From an uncultured Bacteroidota bacterium (GTDB lineage: Bacteria; Bacteroidota; Bacteroidia; UKL13-3): DNA of 64,000 nt. Position numbers and translations under genes: made by a program. The stretch lies in NCBI GenBank assembly GCA_903897855.1, contig CAIUDH010000041.1, positions 44,879 through 108,878 on the forward strand, written 5' to 3'. Positions 61,331 to 64,000 of the stretch are shown piece after piece (positions within the stretch are counted from its first letter, which is position 1; every line of letters starts with the position of its first letter). Below the pieces are notes generated by a model. It had not been told where the DNA came from. It saw only the letters and a list, made by a program, of their open reading frames with translations, and ran no database searches.

Positions 61331-62704
61331 TTAATTAATAGGAGCTAATTTAGCCGTAAAATGGCGCAAAATAGGCGCTTCTTCGATTATTTTTAGTCCT
61401 GATACTTTAGCCCGATTATTGAAAGCTTCAATCACCACCTCCGCCACATAATCAATATGGCTCTGTGTGTAAACTCTTCTTGGAATAGCCATACGAACCA
61501 ATTCCATCTGCGCCGGAATTAATTTTCCATCAGTATCATATTTGCCAAACATCAAAGAACCAATTTCTACACTACGTATCCCTCCTACTAAATACAAGGC
61601 ACCTACCAAGGCTTGGCCTGGATATTGATCAACGGGGATATGTGGGAAAAAAGCTTTGGCATCAATATACACGGCATGGCCTCCTGCAGGCTGCATCACC
61701 GGTACACCCGCCTCAATTAATTTGTTCGTGAGATATTCGATACTGCGGATTCGGTAGTTTAAATAGTTTTCATCCATCACCTCATTGAGTCCAATGGCAA
61801 TCGCTTCCAAATCTCTGCCAGCCAATCCTCCATACGTAGGAAACCCTTCCATCACCACCAACAGATTCCTACAACTTAAAGCCAACGATTCATTACGCAT
61901 CGCCAGAAAACCTCCGATGTTCGCAAAGGCATCTTTCTTGGCACTCATGGTACAGCCATCAGCATAAGAAAATAACTCTTTCGCAATTTCAGGCACCGAT
62001 TTATTGGCATATCCTGCTTCACGTATTTTGATGAAATAACTGTTCTCGGCAAACCGACACGCATCAATAAATAATGGAATCTTATGCTCCTTGCAAACGG
62101 CACTCACCTCTCTAATATTTTGCATGCTTACCGGCTGTCCGCCACCCGAATTGTTGGTCACCGTAATTACACAAAGTGGGATGTTGGATGCTCCTTTTTC
62201 GGCAATGAAATTTTTCAATAAGTTCACATCCATATTGCCTTTGAAAGGCGCCGGAATCGATGGATGTTTGCCTTCTTCACATAATAAATCAACCCCTTCG
62301 GCACCCGAGAATTCGATATTCGCTCGAGTGGTATCGAACAAGGTATTACTCACAAAATATTTGCCTTTGCCTCCCAGAATGCTGAATAAAATTTTCTCGG
62401 CCGCTCTACCTTGGTGTGTAGGTATTACCAATGGCATACCCGTGATGTTTTGAATGGTTTCTTCGAAACGAAAGAAACTGGGACTCCCGGCATACGACTC
62501 ATCGCCCTGCATAATACCAGCCCATTGGTTACTGCTCATGGCACTCGTGCCACTGTCGGTAAGTAAGTCGATGATGACGTCTTTGGAGTGAATAAGAAAA
62601 GGATTGTAAAATGCCTTTTCTAAGATGGCCACCCGCTCTTCGGGGGTATTAAAGTAGATAGGCTCTACCGATTTTATTTTAAATGGTTCAATAATAGTTT
62701 GCAT
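61331..62704 (-). CDS. Beta-eliminating lyase (tryptophanase/tyrosine phenol-lyase family), paralog 2
   Basis: [54 protein letters not shown]. Tandem with paralog 1, with a 22-nt spacer. The supplied ORF starts at 62752. Confidence 0.85.
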   Translation of the reverse strand: MQTIIEPFKIKSVEPIYFNTPEERVAILEKAFYNPFLIHSKDVIIDLLTDSGTSAMSSNQWAGIMQGDESYAGSPSFFRFEETIQNITGMPLVIPTHQGRAAEKILFSILGGKGKYFVSNTLFDTTRANIEFSGAEGVDLLCEEGKHPSIPAPFKGNMDVNLLKNFIAEKGASNIPLCVITVTNNSGGGQPVSMQNIREVSAVCKEHKIPLFIDACRFAENSYFIKIREAGYANKSVPEIAKELFSYADGCTMSAKKDAFANIGGFLAMRNESLALSCRNLLVVMEGFPTYGGLAGRDLEAIAIGLNEVMDENYLNYRIRSIEYLTNKLIEAGVPVMQPAGGHAVYIDAKAFFPHIPVDQYPGQALVGALYLVGGIRSVEIGSLMFGKYDTDGKLIPAQMELVRMAIPRRVYTQSHIDYVAEVVIEAFNNRAKVSGLKIIEEAPILRHFTAKLAPIN

Positions 62705-63018
62705 GAAAAATTTATGATTAAAATTATGATTTTGAAAAAAATAGAAGGTCATGGTGCTTGGCAGCCCCTAATTAAGATGGTCTTTTGATGATATTTTTCC
62801 AAAGAATCATGGCGCGAAGTTGCCTTATTTGAAGCAAACAAAATATGACTATAGTCATGCCATCAAAATCAAGCATCCTTTCGGCCAACTTAATATATGA
62901 AGAAGCACCCCAATATTTAACATCTTTGAAATAAATAGTTTTAATAAAAGTATTTGAATGCTTTTATTAAAACTATTTATTTATCTTTGTCCCGTTAAAA
63001 AAAAATAACCTATTTATC

Positions 63019-63984
63019 ATGCAAACCATTTCAGAAAATATTTTAAACGTAACCTTACTCGAACCAAAATTAAAACACCCCACTATTTTTATTCGCTTCG
63101 ACGAATTAGCGGAAGGTGAGATTCTTACCATTCATAACGACCACGACCCGAAGCCGCTGTATTATCAAATGCTGGGGGAAAGAGGAAATATATTTATATG
63201 GGAATACCTGGAGGAAGGGCCCGAATGGTGGAAAGTAAAAATAACGAAACGCATCAGCGGAGAAAATGAGGAAACACTCGGACAAATTGCAGCAAAAGAT
63301 TTACGCAAAGCGCATGTGTTTAAAAAGTATGGACTTGATTTTTGTTGTGGGGGTAAAAAAACCGTGAAAGAAGCATGCGCCGAAAAAGGGCTTGATGTAA
63401 CCCTGATTGAGAAAGAATTACAGCAAACAGAAAAAATATCCTCGTCGCGTCCACTTCCTTATGGCGAATGGAGCCTGGACTTCCTAGCCGACTATATCGT
63501 AAACACACACCATACCTATGTTGCAAAAAACTTACCCGACCTCAGAGCGTATGCTTTCAAGGTGAGTAAGGTTCACGGGCACCGTCATGCCGAATTGTTT
63601 CAAATACATCAGCTGGTGGAAGATATAAATACCGAATTAATATCGCACATGGCCAAAGAAGAACAGATCTTATTCCCTTATATAAAAGAGTTGGTTACCG
63701 CCACTAAAAACTCACAGCCTTACCACTCGCAGCATCTGGGTAGTGTGCAAGGCCCTATTAATATGATGGAAATGGAACATGAGATGGTGGGAAGCGCCAT
63801 GGCGAAAATTCGCGATCTAACCAATAATTATCTCCTTCCCGAAGAAGCCTGCGCAAGCTATAGTTTGTTATATCGTTTATTAGCCGAATTCGAAGAAGAT
63901 ATCCATCTGCATATCCATCTCGAGAATAATATTCTATTCCCCAAAGCCCTGGAATTAGAAAAAAACTTAACTATTCAATCATAG
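63019..63984 (+). CDS. DUF2249 domain fused to an ScdA/YtfE (RIC) hemerythrin-like di-iron iron-sulfur repair protein
   Basis: N-terminal LDVTLLEP...ILTIHNDHDPKPLYY...WKVKITK (DUF2249-like). Then KYGLDFCCGGKKTVKEACAEKGLD (ScdA_N). Then His/Glu-rich hemerythrin-like repeats (HHTYVAKNLPDL, HGHRHAELF, MEHEMVG, HLHIHLENNILFP). Confidence 0.65.
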   Translation: MQTISENILNVTLLEPKLKHPTIFIRFDELAEGEILTIHNDHDPKPLYYQMLGERGNIFIWEYLEEGPEWWKVKITKRISGENEETLGQIAAKDLRKAHVFKKYGLDFCCGGKKTVKEACAEKGLDVTLIEKELQQTEKISSSRPLPYGEWSLDFLADYIVNTHHTYVAKNLPDLRAYAFKVSKVHGHRHAELFQIHQLVEDINTELISHMAKEEQILFPYIKELVTATKNSQPYHSQHLGSVQGPINMMEMEHEMVGSAMAKIRDLTNNYLLPEEACASYSLLYRLLAEFEEDIHLHIHLENNILFPKALELEKNLTIQS

Positions 63985-64000
63985 ACTAATAATCAAACAC

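Overview
This is an AT-rich chromosomal segment that looks Bacteroidetes-like. Evidence: many proteins end in T9SS/Por C-terminal sorting domains, there is a TonB-dependent receptor flanked by HmuY-like genes, and TAnnTTTG -7 promoter boxes recur. About 57 features are called. Housekeeping genes: a complete rpoB with its own terminator and no rplL or rpoC neighbour, the rimP-nusA-infB operon, mnmE, maeB, queD-folE, nadA-nadB, one tRNA-Ser(GGA), a TrkH-family transporter and a tandem Usp. An accessory-looking stretch begins just after mnmE (about 31.8 to 43.5 kb). It holds an AbiEi/AbiEii type IV TA pair whose toxin carries a single in-frame TAA, a 966-aa secreted TPR-CHAT protein, several small lipoproteins, a DUF1566 protein, a T9SS thioredoxin-like protein, an outer-membrane beta-barrel with a C-terminal CPM...CGMDL metal-binding domain, and a T9SS protein built from TYDANNN repeats. 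The most unusual element is an adjacent GatE-like/GatD-like gene pair (43.5 to 47.0 kb). This archaeal-type Glu-tRNA(Gln) amidotransferase is not expected in bacteria. Downstream are a CheB-CheR-PAS fusion with 63-bp tandem repeats encoding a 21-aa coiled-coil repeat, a PAS partner, a TPR lipoprotein, and nadA-nadB followed by an unrecognised 599-aa protein. The window ends with a nitric-oxide themed cluster: norC/norB-like genes, a second PTPS paralog, and a DUF2249-ScdA/YtfE di-iron protein. It also contains two tandem tryptophanase/tyrosine phenol-lyase paralogs. No CRISPR array, integrase or transposase was seen.
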